The position numbers and the translations under genes were made by a program. Shown one piece after another: positions 1 through 10,121 of a stretch of DNA of 64,000 nucleotides (position 1 is the first letter of the stretch; each line of letters starts with the position of its first letter). The notes under the pieces are model-generated. The model was not told the DNA's origin and ran no database searches. It saw only the letters and a program-made list of their open reading frames with translations. The DNA is from a virus, in the IMG/VR virus record IMGVR_UViG_3300045421_000501, positions 32,001 to 96,000 of that record. The stretch is one strand, 5' to 3'.

Positions 1-242
1 AAGAACAAAATGGAGTTTTATATGATTATCAAATGATAAATATCATTCCTGTAGATGAAAGAAGTGTAAGAGAACAATATATTTCGGGAGACATATTTAC
101 ATTAGGATCACTTATAGAATCAAATGGAATGATTGGTAAAATTGTGAGAAGAGGATCAAATCATTTAATTTGCACAACGAATGATGGAAATATGTTTAAG
201 TCCTTTATAAATAATGCAAGTGAAATAAAAATAAATTTATGA
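1..242 (+). CDS. C-terminal part of a conserved cyanomyovirus protein (cytidylyltransferase-associated region); probably truncated by the window edge
   Basis: Frame is open from base 3; 'REQYISGDIF..G..IE...G.IVRRGSNHLIC' resembles C-termini seen in T4-like cyanophages. Confidence 0.45.
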   Translation, partial: EQNGVLYDYQMINIIPVDERSVREQYISGDIFTLGSLIESNGMIGKIVRRGSNHLICTTNDGNMFKSFINNASEIKINL

Positions 243-940
243 CTAATTTAATTTTGACAAATGGAAAAGTTGAAAATACTTGGTTTAGGGATTTTTTTGA
301 AAATAAAAAATATAAAAATATAGGGTTGAGATTATCAAGTGGAACAGATTCTGCTTTAGTATTATTTTTTCTTGCAAAATTTATTTTAGAAACTGAAAGT
401 TTTGATATTAAAGTATTTCCTTTTCTTGGATTAAATTTAAATAATAAAAGTTATAATCCCGAACCAAAAGCAAAAAAAATTGTAGATATAATTCAAAAAT
501 TATATTCAAAATCTAAAATTGAAGATTTAAAAGTATTTGAATATTCTCATTTAGACTCTTCTGTAAATAAAAATGTTTATATAGATATTGGAAAAAATGC
601 ATATACTGAGGAAAAAAATATTGAACTTTGGTTGACAGGAGCGACATTAAATCCACCTAAAGCAATTCGTGACTTATATGATATAAATTCACAAAAAGTT
701 GGGTTTAGGGATGATTCAGTTCAACATGCAAAATTTAATAATCCAGAAACTGCTCCTTGGTTGATGGTGAATAAAAAATTTATAGCACATCAGTATTATA
801 AATATAATTTAATGGAAAATATATTTCCATTAACAGAATCTTGTATATCTCAAGTAAAACCGTTTCCATGTAAAAAATGCTTTTGGTGTGTTGAAAAATA
901 TTGGGCATTTGGAATGTATGATAATTGTGACACTAAATAA
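239..940 (+). CDS. QueC-like PP-loop ATPase
   Basis: LSSGTDS PP-loop; C-terminal TESC...PCKKCFWC zinc motif. Confidence 0.65.
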   Translation: MTNLILTNGKVENTWFRDFFENKKYKNIGLRLSSGTDSALVLFFLAKFILETESFDIKVFPFLGLNLNNKSYNPEPKAKKIVDIIQKLYSKSKIEDLKVFEYSHLDSSVNKNVYIDIGKNAYTEEKNIELWLTGATLNPPKAIRDLYDINSQKVGFRDDSVQHAKFNNPETAPWLMVNKKFIAHQYYKYNLMENIFPLTESCISQVKPFPCKKCFWCVEKYWAFGMYDNCDTK

Positions 941-965
941 AGTATAGAAAACATTTACGAGTAAA

Positions 966-2381
966 ATGAGTAATCCTTGGGTAGAATCGTTCGAAGAACT
1001 CCGTAGACCATTTTTGTTTGAGGGTGAGGAAAAACTCAAGCAAAGAAATAAAAATGAGATGCTGCGTAAGGCAGGCAATCTTGCTCGTGAAGTAGTTTCT
1101 ACTCCTAACACTGAGAAAAATGCTGTAAAAAGAGGCGCAGCAATGGATAGAATGAGCAAACTTGTACGTGCGATTGCTGGTGATGACGAAAGAAAGAGAT
1201 TTGAACGTACTGGACAATCACCAGCACATAATCCAGGATATCGAGGTGAAGAAGTTGAAATGAAAGGAGAAGATCCCTGTTGGAAAGGGTATCAGATGGT
1301 CGGAACAAAGAAAAAAGGAAATCGTGAAGTTCCTAACTGTGTTCCTAAAAAAACTAATGAAGAAGTTAAAATGAAAGGAGAAGATCCCTGTTGGAAAGGG
1401 TATCAGATGGTCGGAACAAAGAAAAAAGGAAATCGTGAAGTTCCTAACTGTGTTCCTAAAAAAACTAATGAAGCCGTAGATCAGGACAACGATGGCGATA
1501 ACGATTTTGCCGACATTATGATTCGAAGAATGGTTAGTTCTGGAAAAATGTCGAAGGCACAAGCAATTGAAAAAACTAAAAATAAATCTTATAATAAAAA
1601 ATCAGGAATTAAAAAAGAACAGTATTCAAATTGGAGAAATGAATTAGAAGAATTTGAAAATATTATAGAGGCATTAGTTTCTTCTGGAGAACAAACCGAA
1701 AAAATTGAGGATAGAAGAAAGAGTGGAAATAAAAATAAAGTAGATATTAATCCCACTTTAAAATTAGAAGAAGATCAGTATGAAGATAATGAATTAAATG
1801 AAAAAACATTAACTGCTGCCGAAACTAAAAAAAAAGAACATATTGTAATGTCAATGAAATCTAAATTGAAAGATTTTGAACAAAGATATCCTGGTCGTGG
1901 AAAGGAAGTAATGTATGCAACAGCTACTAAAATGGCAAAAGAAAATTCTTTAGACTATTGGTTAGATGAGGCAAGAAATGAAACCTCGGCAGAACGTTAT
2001 GCAAGACTTCGTGCATCTGAAATGTCTTCTGTTGATAAAAATAGACAAAAAAAACAGAGAGAAAGGCAAACAAAATTAGAATCTGAAGCAGATAAAATTC
2101 TTGCTGGATTTAGTAAAAAAGGAACCGGAATTTCAAAAACAAAATCTCCAGAAAAACCAGAGACTCCAGAAGCAAATCGTAGATTAAAACCTGGAGAAAA
2201 AAAAGATACTCTTGCAACAAGAGCTTCTCAGGCAATGAAAGAAGAGGAAGAAAAAAATAATAAAAAACCAAAATACATGTATTCTAAAAATCCAAAATAT
2301 GCTCGTCCACAAAAAGATGATCCTTATGGTAGAGGTGGTGGGTCAAAAGTAAGAACTCACGATAAAGGATGGGACGAATAA
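966..2381 (+). CDS. Modular, highly charged late protein, putative internal head protein
   Basis: CTAAATA late-type promoter upstream; modules PCWKGY..VPNCVP x2, YSNWRNEL, EVMYATATKMAKE separated by Glu-rich linkers. Confidence 0.55.
   Translation: MSNPWVESFEELRRPFLFEGEEKLKQRNKNEMLRKAGNLAREVVSTPNTEKNAVKRGAAMDRMSKLVRAIAGDDERKRFERTGQSPAHNPGYRGEEVEMKGEDPCWKGYQMVGTKKKGNREVPNCVPKKTNEEVKMKGEDPCWKGYQMVGTKKKGNREVPNCVPKKTNEAVDQDNDGDNDFADIMIRRMVSSGKMSKAQAIEKTKNKSYNKKSGIKKEQYSNWRNELEEFENIIEALVSSGEQTEKIEDRRKSGNKNKVDINPTLKLEEDQYEDNELNEKTLTAAETKKKEHIVMSMKSKLKDFEQRYPGRGKEVMYATATKMAKENSLDYWLDEARNETSAERYARLRASEMSSVDKNRQKKQRERQTKLESEADKILAGFSKKGTGISKTKSPEKPETPEANRRLKPGEKKDTLATRASQAMKEEEEKNNKKPKYMYSKNPKYARPQKDDPYGRGGGSKVRTHDKGWDE
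1247..1473 (+). repeat. 111-bp tandem repeat (2 near-identical copies) encoding MKGEDPCWKGYQMVGTKKKGNREVPNCVPKKTNE
   Basis: Unit starts at ATG 1260 and ATG 1371. Confidence 0.95.
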
Positions 2382-2383
2382 AT

Positions 2384-2391
2384 TATAAATA
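2384..2391 (+). promoter_or_regulatory. T4-type late promoter TATAAATA
   Basis: Exact consensus upstream of ATG 2416. Confidence 0.7.
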
Positions 2392-2415
2392 AATAGCTAA
2401 AAAGTATTTAAAAAA

Positions 2416-3049
2416 ATGAATTTTCAGAAAAGAGCAGAGAAAGATGAAGAAAAATATGGTGATTCTATATATACACAATCAGTTGCACAACAATCAAGAG
2501 ACGCACTCAAACGTTATTTGAGGGCAGGTTATAGTAAGCATGGTGCTGGTGATGTGAGAGGAAGAGGTAATAGAGCAAGAAGAAGAGCAGCAACACTTCA
2601 AAGAAACCATTATGACCCTTATGATCTTATCTTCTCACACTTACTTGATGAAGGATATGTTGAAACACCAGAAGCAGCAGAAGTAATTATGGTGAATATG
2701 AGTGAAGAATGAATAGAGGCGTATGGCGTTGAATTGCATGAAATCTCACAAACGACAGCAACTAAAGAATATGCTGCAAGTTCAGCTGGTGAGTTTGGAG
2801 ATCAAAATTCTTAAAGAGATATAAACAGAACTGATAACCTTAGACAACATATTGAAAGAAAGTTTGGAAAAAAGCAGCAGAGCACGCAGATGCGGCTGTG
2901 GACGCTCAAACCTTTGGTCGTAAAGATAAAAGTGGAAGAAGACAACAAAGACCAGAACCAAGAATTCAAACGAGTGATTACAGAATCACTAAAGATGGTA
3001 AAATGCATAAGCAAGACCAGAGACAGTTAAAGACAAAGTTAGGTGGGTA
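2416..3049 (+). pseudogene. Decaying internal-protein-like gene (intact part 2416-2712)
   Basis: HLLDEGY...MVNMSEE motif ends in TGA where W is usual; protein-like reading continues through TAA ~2812 and a 1-nt shift in the A-run ~2868-2873. Confidence 0.6.
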
Positions 3050-3111
3050 GACTGAAATTATTTTCAAAAAATCAATATAATAAATAAAATTGAATACATA
3101 TAGAGGATAAT

Positions 3112-3303
3112 ATGACACCAGTAATTCTTTTTGCAGCAGCTTCTCAAATTTTTACAGCAGCAAATGTTCAGTTAGGATTGGGAATTCTTTTGGCAATATC
3201 TGAAGTTTTAGGGGCAGATTCTAGAATTAAAGCAAATGGAATTGTTTCATTTATTATAATTCAAGTTCAAAATTTAATCAAAACTCAAAAGACAAAAGTT
3301 TAA
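3112..3303 (+). CDS. Small hydrophobic membrane protein
   Basis: AGAGGA SD; 'LLAISEVLG...IKANGIV' hydrophobic segments. Confidence 0.6.
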   Translation: MTPVILFAAASQIFTAANVQLGLGILLAISEVLGADSRIKANGIVSFIIIQVQNLIKTQKTKV

Positions 3304-3327
3304 TTTTAATTTCAAAATTCAAAAAAT

Positions 3328-3353
3328 GAGTCCTGAGAAAGGGCTCTTTTTTT
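3328..3353 (+). terminator. Rho-independent terminator
   Basis: GAGTCCT-gagaa-AGGGCTC followed by a T-run. Confidence 0.7.
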
Positions 3354-3355
3354 AT

Positions 3356-3363
3356 TATAAATA
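3356..3363 (+). promoter_or_regulatory. T4-type late promoter TATAAATA
   Basis: Exact consensus upstream of ATG 3391. Confidence 0.75.
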
Positions 3364-3390
3364 TTTAAACAAAAGTAGTAAAAATCTAAA

Positions 3391-4224
3391 ATGGCACTCT
3401 GGGGAAAATCTGATAGTCTTTACTCAACCGGAACAGTATCCGTAAATTATGCAACAAAAGTGATTACCGGTTCTGGTACTTCATTTACCGCTGCTGGTAT
3501 TTCCACTGGAGATGTTATTAGTATTGGTGTTGGAAAAACTTATGGTGAAGCAGTAATCAGAACGGTTGTTTCTAATACTCAAATTACAATTGCATCTACT
3601 CAATTTTTGAGTGGAAGTGCAATTTCTGGAATTGGATATACAATTTCAGAAAAACCATCATATACATTACATGATTCTGATCTTTCGGTATTGACTGCAC
3701 CAGCAACAACTCGAATTGTTGGTGTTGATACTACCGAAGTTCATTCTGCAGATCATTATGCTCATGCGGGATGGGTTGGAATTTTAACTTATATTGATCA
3801 GCATGGAAGATTGAGAAGGAAAAGTGAAGTTTTAGTTGCATTTTCTGGAATTACTACAGGAACTCCTTCTTATACTTCTTCTGGAGATGCTGATGGTGAT
3901 GATCAAATTGCACCAGATCGTAGAATTACAATTAATACACAACCATCCAGTGTAGGTGTTGGAACTACAGCAGTAGCAACATTTGTTGTGCTTGCATCAG
4001 TACTTCCATCTGCAGCACTAACATATCAATGGCAATACTCATCTAATGCTGGTATTGCTTATACAGCACTTTCAAATGGTGGAGCATATGCAGGAACGGG
4101 AACTACTACACTAACAGTAACTAATAGTAGTAATGCACTCAATGGATACTATTATCGCGCAGTTGTAACTTCTCCAGATGCAAATCCACAAACATCCAAT
4201 GCAGCTTTAATGACAGTTTCTTAA
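3391..4224 (+). CDS. Virion structural protein with C-terminal Ig-like domain
   Basis: MALWG start, HAGWV motif, 'TYQWQ...GYYYRAVV' Ig-like signature; late promoter. Confidence 0.7.
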   Translation: MALWGKSDSLYSTGTVSVNYATKVITGSGTSFTAAGISTGDVISIGVGKTYGEAVIRTVVSNTQITIASTQFLSGSAISGIGYTISEKPSYTLHDSDLSVLTAPATTRIVGVDTTEVHSADHYAHAGWVGILTYIDQHGRLRRKSEVLVAFSGITTGTPSYTSSGDADGDDQIAPDRRITINTQPSSVGVGTTAVATFVVLASVLPSAALTYQWQYSSNAGIAYTALSNGGAYAGTGTTTLTVTNSSNALNGYYYRAVVTSPDANPQTSNAALMTVS

Positions 4225-4231
4225 TATAATA

Positions 4232-4603
4232 ATGAAGTTTGAACATCTGAATGAAGATAATTATCTTCTCTTTGCCATAAAATATTATGAAAATCCCTAT
4301 GGATCAACCATGGAGGATTTTGAAGAAGATTTGAGAAGATTTAAGTATATAAAAAGATTATTGAAAAAATATGCAACACAAAATGAATTGAAACATCATT
4401 TGATTTTGAATCATATTATTATTTGTTTTAATATTTTTGGAGATGCAACAATACCTCTTTTATTTTTTAAAATTGAAAAAGAATATTGGTCGATCTTAAA
4501 AACCTTTTTATTATTTCTAAATCGAATACCAGAATATCCAAAAAGTGAATTGAATGATATTCCAATAGATGAAAAATGCAATAATATTTTAAGTTCAATC
4601 TAA
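4232..4603 (+). CDS. Conserved T4-like hypothetical protein
   Basis: 'LNEDNYLLFAIKYYENP...FEEDLRRFKYIKRL...LILNHII' pattern typical of T4-like phages upstream of primase. Confidence 0.7.
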   Translation: MKFEHLNEDNYLLFAIKYYENPYGSTMEDFEEDLRRFKYIKRLLKKYATQNELKHHLILNHIIICFNIFGDATIPLLFFKIEKEYWSILKTFLLFLNRIPEYPKSELNDIPIDEKCNNILSSI

Positions 4604-4845
4604 TGAATAATTCAAAGTTGGATCGTATAATAAATATTATTAGAGAAGATATGATGGTAACTGACCCAGCTAAGACAAATACGCCAGGATTTAGTGCTAG
4701 TGCAAATCAACCAGTTTCTGGATTTGATCCGATTATGGACCTTAGGCGTAAATATGGTAAAAAATTGAATCTTTTTTATCGTACACGTATCAAGGATATA
4801 AAAAATGCTGAACGGAGATCTAAAGGCACGAACCGCAGTGCTTGA
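4603..4845 (+). CDS. Hypothetical protein
   Basis: ORF coupled to neighbours by overlap. Confidence 0.55.
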   Translation: MNNSKLDRIINIIREDMMVTDPAKTNTPGFSASANQPVSGFDPIMDLRRKYGKKLNLFYRTRIKDIKNAERRSKGTNRSA

Positions 4846-5242
4846 ACAAAAAAGTTCAAATCAAGAAAAATTAATTGAAAAAGTTGACGCTGCAATTCAA
4901 GTAATGAAAGAAGTGGTGGAAAATGTTTCAAAAATGTTAGCTGTTCATAATGAAAGAATTGAACAATCTAGCAAAGCTGATAATATTATTATCAGTATGA
5001 TTAAGGAAATGAAAACAGAACTTGAAGCAGAAGATGTAGATCTTGGTGATAGAATAGACGAAATTAGTATAAAACTAGAAGATATGAAAAAAGTAAAGTG
5101 GATAACAGTGGGAGTAGGATTATTTACTGCTGTTACTGTAGGAGCTATTTCGACACTTGCTTCTGGATTATTGACACCTGGAGAATTAGGTGTTAGAATG
5201 GAGCATCGTTATGTTCCGAATCCAGAAAATATTAAAAAATGA
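4805..5242 (+). CDS. Coiled-coil protein with C-terminal transmembrane helix
   Basis: 'MLAVHNERIE' heptad region; hydrophobic WITVGVGLFTAVTVGAI. Confidence 0.6.
   Translation: MLNGDLKARTAVLEQKSSNQEKLIEKVDAAIQVMKEVVENVSKMLAVHNERIEQSSKADNIIISMIKEMKTELEAEDVDLGDRIDEISIKLEDMKKVKWITVGVGLFTAVTVGAISTLASGLLTPGELGVRMEHRYVPNPENIKK
5171..5199 (+). promoter_or_regulatory. Sigma70-type promoter upstream of primase
   Basis: TTGACA-N17-TAGAAT. Confidence 0.6.
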
Positions 5243-6252
5243 TTTATGTTGATGTAAAATATATTGGACTAATTTCTTGCAGACTACAAAAATTTAGTAA
5301 AAAAAAGGAAAATCTTTATAATTTTAGATGCCCTTATTGTGGCGATTCTCAAAAAAATAAAAATCGTACAAGAGCATATTTTTATCAACGCAAATCTGAT
5401 TTTAATTTTAAGTGCCATAATTGTGGAATTTCAAAATCATTCACATATTTTTTGAAAGATTTGGATAGTCAAATCTATGATGAATATATTTTGGAAAGAT
5501 ATCGAGAAGGATTATCCGGAAAGGGAACAGTGTGTCCTGAACCCGAGTTCAAATTTAAAAAACCAGTTTTTGGTGCAAGTAAACCTGTAAATAAATTAAA
5601 TATTCCAACGATTGCAGATTTGGATAAACTTCATCCTGCAAGAGTATATTTGGAGAATAGAAAAATACCGGAAAAATTCTATTCCAAATTATACTATGCA
5701 GAAAAATTTAAGGAATGGACAAACACTCAAAAACACACATTCAATTCAATTGAGAAAGATGAGTCTCGAATTATTATTCCTCTTATAAATCATGGCGAAA
5801 TATTTGGATATCAGGGAAGAAGTTTGAATAAAGATTCAAATGTTAAGTATATTACAATTATTCTAAATGATAAACATCCTAAAATATTTGGATTAGATAA
5901 TCTAAATTATGAAAAACCAGTTTACATCGTAGAAGGTCCTTTTGATTCGATGTTTTTGAACAATTCAATAGCAATGGTTGGAGCGGATTTTGATAAAATG
6001 TTTTTTATTAGTAATTTTAATGTTGACTTTGTGATGGTTTATGATAATGAAAAACGTAATAAAGAAATTGTGAATCGAATTGAAACTGCAATTGATTATA
6101 AATTTCCCGTAGTAATTTGGCCAAATGATCTAAAGGAAAAAGATATTAATGATATGATACTAGCAGGTAAATGTCCTGAAAAAATAATTAGTGAAAATAC
6201 TTTTAGTGGTTTAGAAGCAAAAACAAAACTTATTGGATGGAAAAGAGTATGA
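5239..6252 (+). CDS. gp61: DNA primase (T4 gp61)
   Basis: CPYCGDS/CHNC zinc finger, EGPFDS and DIND TOPRIM motifs. Confidence 0.95.
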   Translation: MIYVDVKYIGLISCRLQKFSKKKENLYNFRCPYCGDSQKNKNRTRAYFYQRKSDFNFKCHNCGISKSFTYFLKDLDSQIYDEYILERYREGLSGKGTVCPEPEFKFKKPVFGASKPVNKLNIPTIADLDKLHPARVYLENRKIPEKFYSKLYYAEKFKEWTNTQKHTFNSIEKDESRIIIPLINHGEIFGYQGRSLNKDSNVKYITIILNDKHPKIFGLDNLNYEKPVYIVEGPFDSMFLNNSIAMVGADFDKMFFISNFNVDFVMVYDNEKRNKEIVNRIETAIDYKFPVVIWPNDLKEKDINDMILAGKCPEKIISENTFSGLEAKTKLIGWKRV

Positions 6253-8543
6253 CAAGTCAAATATCAGTAAAAAAAAGAGACGGAAGAATTGAACTTTTAA
6301 ATTTAGATAAAATACATGTGATGGTTGATGAAGCATGTAGAGATCTTGCAGGAGTATCTGCATCTCAAGTTGAAATGACATCAGGAATTCAATTTTATAA
6401 TGGTATTACTACAGCAGAAATACAAGAAATTTTGATTCGTTCTGCATCTGATTTAATTTCATTAGAAACACCAAATTATCAGTATGTTGCAGCAAGACTT
6501 TTATTATTTTCTCTTCGAAAGTCTTTGTATGGTAAAAAGAAAGAATTTCCTTCTTTTATAAATCATATAAAATTTTGTATCAATAAATTAGTTTATGATT
6601 CAGAAATTCTTGACTCCTATAGTGAAGATGAGATTGATATACTTGATAGACATATCAATCATGAACGGGATTTTATTTTTACTTATGCTGGCATTCGTCA
6701 GGTAGTTGATAAATATTTGGTTCAGGATAGAAGTTCTGGGCAGGTATATGAGACTCCACAGTTTGCTTATATGATGATTGCAGCTACAATATTTGCAAAA
6801 TATTCAAAAGAAACTCGAATTTCTTATGTAAAGAGGTACTATGATGCAATCTCAAAACACAAAATCAACATTCCAACTCCCATCATGGCAGGAGTGCGAA
6901 CACCACTTCGTCAATTTGCATCTTGTGTTCTGGTTGATATTGATGACTCCCTCGATAGCATCTTTAGTTCTGATATGGCTATTGGCAAATACGTCGCACA
7001 GAGGGCTGGTATTGGCATTAATGTTGGTAGAATCCGTGGTATCAACAGTAAAATCAGAGGAGGAGAAGTTAAGCACACTGGTGTTATTCCTTTCCTTAAA
7101 AAGTTTGAATCAACTGTACGATGCTGTACGCAAAATGGAATCCGTGGGGGATCAGCTACTGCCCATTTTCCAATTTGGCATAAAGAAATAGAAGATATTA
7201 TTGTATTAAAAAATAACAAGGGAACCGAAGATAATCGTGTTCGTAAATTAGATTATTCAATTCAAATTAGTAAAATATTTTATGAGAGGTTTATTCAAAA
7301 TGGTGAGATTACGCTTTTCTCCCCACATGATGTTCCTGGACTTTATGATTCTTTTGGAACAGACAAGTTTGACGATTTGTATGTTAAATATGAAAACGAT
7401 TCGTCCATTCCGGCGAAAACTATTAAGGCACAAGAACTTATTCTTGATATCATTAAAGAAAGGGCAGAAACGGGTCGCATCTATATTATGAATATAGATC
7501 ACTGCAATTCTCATTCTTCATTTTTAGATAAAATTGAGATGAGCAATTTATGTCAAGAAATTACACTTCCAACAAGACCAATTGAACATATAGATTCAAA
7601 GAAAGGTGAAATCGCATTATGCATTCTTTCTGCAATTAATGTTGGAAGAGTAAAATCAGATGATGAACTAGAAGATCTTTGTGATCTTTCTGTTCGTTCT
7701 TTGGATGAATTGATTGATCATCAAAAGTATCCTGTAGTATCTGCAGAAATTGCTACAAAGGCACGGAGATCTCTTGGAATCGGTTTTATTGGTCTTGCAC
7801 ATTATCTTGCTAAACTTGGATTTAAGTATGAATCACAGGGAGCCTGGGACGCAGTTCATGGACTTGCAGAATCTTTTCAATATTTTTTATTGAAATCATC
7901 TTGTAATTTGGCAAAAGAAAAGGGTGCTTGCGAATACTACAATCGAACAAAATATTCTTGTGGAATTCTTCCAATAGATACATATAAGAAGGACGTGGAT
8001 GAAATTTCAAATATTCCTCTTCAACACGATTGGGAGGATTTACGATCAAAAATAAAACAATATGGTATTAGGAATTCTACTTTATCGGCACAAATGCCAT
8101 CTGAAAGTAGTTCAGTAGTCTCCAATGCTACGAATGGAATAGAACCTCCCAGAGCTTATCTATCAGTTAAAAAAAGTAAAAAGGGTCCACTGAAACAAAT
8201 AGTTCCTCAATATCAAACACTAAAAAATAACTATACCCTATTATGGGACATGCTTGATAATTCTGGATATATTCGAATTGTTGCAGTCATGCAAAAATTC
8301 TTTGATCAGGCAATCTCGGGAAATTGGAGTTATAATCCAGAACACTATTCCGACAATGAAGTTCCAGTATCAGTAATGGTGCAGGACTTACTTATAACCT
8401 ACAAGTTCGGATGGAAGACTTCTTATTATCAGAATACTTATGACAATAAATCTGATGAAATTGAAGTTAAACCTGAACTGAAATCACTTATAACAGAAAT
8501 TCTAGATTCAAAGGAAGACGATTGTGAAAGCTGCAAAATTTAG
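6249..8543 (+). CDS. nrdA: Class Ia ribonucleotide reductase alpha subunit
   Basis: ATP cone (VKKRDGR), FASCVL, SNLCQEI, C-terminal CESC. Confidence 0.97.
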   Translation: MTSQISVKKRDGRIELLNLDKIHVMVDEACRDLAGVSASQVEMTSGIQFYNGITTAEIQEILIRSASDLISLETPNYQYVAARLLLFSLRKSLYGKKKEFPSFINHIKFCINKLVYDSEILDSYSEDEIDILDRHINHERDFIFTYAGIRQVVDKYLVQDRSSGQVYETPQFAYMMIAATIFAKYSKETRISYVKRYYDAISKHKINIPTPIMAGVRTPLRQFASCVLVDIDDSLDSIFSSDMAIGKYVAQRAGIGINVGRIRGINSKIRGGEVKHTGVIPFLKKFESTVRCCTQNGIRGGSATAHFPIWHKEIEDIIVLKNNKGTEDNRVRKLDYSIQISKIFYERFIQNGEITLFSPHDVPGLYDSFGTDKFDDLYVKYENDSSIPAKTIKAQELILDIIKERAETGRIYIMNIDHCNSHSSFLDKIEMSNLCQEITLPTRPIEHIDSKKGEIALCILSAINVGRVKSDDELEDLCDLSVRSLDELIDHQKYPVVSAEIATKARRSLGIGFIGLAHYLAKLGFKYESQGAWDAVHGLAESFQYFLLKSSCNLAKEKGACEYYNRTKYSCGILPIDTYKKDVDEISNIPLQHDWEDLRSKIKQYGIRNSTLSAQMPSESSSVVSNATNGIEPPRAYLSVKKSKKGPLKQIVPQYQTLKNNYTLLWDMLDNSGYIRIVAVMQKFFDQAISGNWSYNPEHYSDNEVPVSVMVQDLLITYKFGWKTSYYQNTYDNKSDEIEVKPELKSLITEILDSKEDDCESCKI

Positions 8544-9738
8544 GAAGTCATCTAAAAGGACATCTAAAACAGTCAACTCGCAAAAAACAAAAATGGCCAT
8601 AGACGGAATGACCGTTTTTAATGATGCTTATGTTGACACCAAAAAACAACCAATGTTTTTTGGAGCACCTTTAGGAATTCAGAGATACGATACCTATAAA
8701 TATCCAATTTTTGAAAAACTTACTCAACAACAACTGGGATATTTTTGGAGACCTGAAGAAATTTCTCTTCAAAAGGATAGGGGAGATTACGAAAGTCTTC
8801 GTCCGGAACAAAAGCATATTTTTACTTCAAATTTGAAGTATCAAATTATGCTTGATTCTATTCAAGGACGTGCTCCAGGAATGGCATTTTCCCCATATTG
8901 TTCACTTCCGGAATTGGAAGGATGTATGAAAGTTTGGGAATTTATGGAAATGATTCATTCTCGTTCATATACTTATATTATTAAAAACATTTATTCTGAT
9001 CCCTCAGAAGTATTTGATACAATTATTGATGATGATCGAATTATGTCGAGGGCGAAAAGTGTAACTCAATCATATAATGATTTTATTATTGCTGCTCAGG
9101 AATTTGGAAGTAGTAATCAATGGAAGCATTCTTTAGAGGGTGTATCAAGTGCAAAATCTACTTTATATGAACTCAAAAGAAAATTATATCGAGCAGTTGT
9201 AAATGTTAATATTTTAGAAGGAATACGTTTTTATGTAAGTTTTGCATGTAGTTTTGCATTTGGCGAAATTAAACTCATGGAAGGATCCGCAAAAATTATT
9301 TCTTTGATTGCAAGAGATGAAAATCAACATCTAGCTTTGACTCAAAATATTATAAACAAATGGGCAAGCGGAGATGATCCAGAAATGATACAAATTTCTC
9401 AAGAAGAAAATGAAAATGTAATGCAAATGTTTAGAACTGCAGTGGAACAAGAAAAAGAATGGGCAAATTATTTGTTTAAAGATGGTTCTATGATTGGTTT
9501 AAATGAAAAACTTCTTTCTTCTTATGTTGAATGGATTGCTAATCGCAGAATGAAATCGATTGGAATAAAACCAATTTACGATATCTCTTCAAAAACAAAT
9601 CCTCTACCATGGACGGAACATTGGATTTCTTCAAAGGGACTTCAAGTTGCTCCTCAAGAAACAGAGGTTGAAAGTTATTTGGTTGGCGGAATTAAACAAG
9701 ATTTAAAGACAGATAGTTTTGCTGGATTTAAACTATAA
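8524..9738 (+). CDS. nrdB: Ribonucleotide reductase beta subunit
   Basis: FWRPEE, EMIHSRSY, LEGIRFY, RDENQH, APQETE. Confidence 0.97.
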   Translation: MKAAKFRKSSKRTSKTVNSQKTKMAIDGMTVFNDAYVDTKKQPMFFGAPLGIQRYDTYKYPIFEKLTQQQLGYFWRPEEISLQKDRGDYESLRPEQKHIFTSNLKYQIMLDSIQGRAPGMAFSPYCSLPELEGCMKVWEFMEMIHSRSYTYIIKNIYSDPSEVFDTIIDDDRIMSRAKSVTQSYNDFIIAAQEFGSSNQWKHSLEGVSSAKSTLYELKRKLYRAVVNVNILEGIRFYVSFACSFAFGEIKLMEGSAKIISLIARDENQHLALTQNIINKWASGDDPEMIQISQEENENVMQMFRTAVEQEKEWANYLFKDGSMIGLNEKLLSSYVEWIANRRMKSIGIKPIYDISSKTNPLPWTEHWISSKGLQVAPQETEVESYLVGGIKQDLKTDSFAGFKL

Positions 9739-9746
9739 TTGTAAAT

Positions 9747-9782
9747 AAATACCTCAAGTGGCATCCCATTTGAGGTATTTTT
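9747..9782 (+). terminator. Stem-loop/terminator after nrdB
   Basis: AAATACCTCAA...TTGAGGTATTT inverted repeat with T tail. Confidence 0.55.
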
Positions 9783-10121
9783 ATGAATTCTCAATCTGCT
9801 AAAGCAAAGGGTCGTCGTCTACAACAGTGGGTTCGAGAAAAATTAATTGAGGCACTTGATATACATCCAGAAGATATTGAAAGTCGTAGCATGGGTGCTG
9901 GTGGAGAAGATCTCGTCATGGCTCGTGCTGCTAGATTAAAGTTTCCACATAGCATTGAATGCAAAAATGTAGAGAAACTAAATATATGGGATGCATATGA
10001 ACAGGCAAAGGCAAACAGCAATCAATATGAACCTTTATTAGTAATTAAAAAAAATCATAAAAATCCTTTAGTAGTAATTGATGCTGAATATTTTATAAAA
10101 TTATTTGGAGATAATAAATGA
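9783..10121 (+). CDS. PD-(D/E)XK nuclease, Holliday-junction-resolvase-like
   Basis: KAKGRRLQ, GED, SIECKN motifs. Confidence 0.7.
   Translation: MNSQSAKAKGRRLQQWVREKLIEALDIHPEDIESRSMGAGGEDLVMARAARLKFPHSIECKNVEKLNIWDAYEQAKANSNQYEPLLVIKKNHKNPLVVIDAEYFIKLFGDNK

Noticed and set aside
2710-2712. TGA at a conserved Trp position suggesting stop-codon reassignment
   Set aside because: Other genes end normally in TGA, no suppressor tRNA is seen, and further lesions follow
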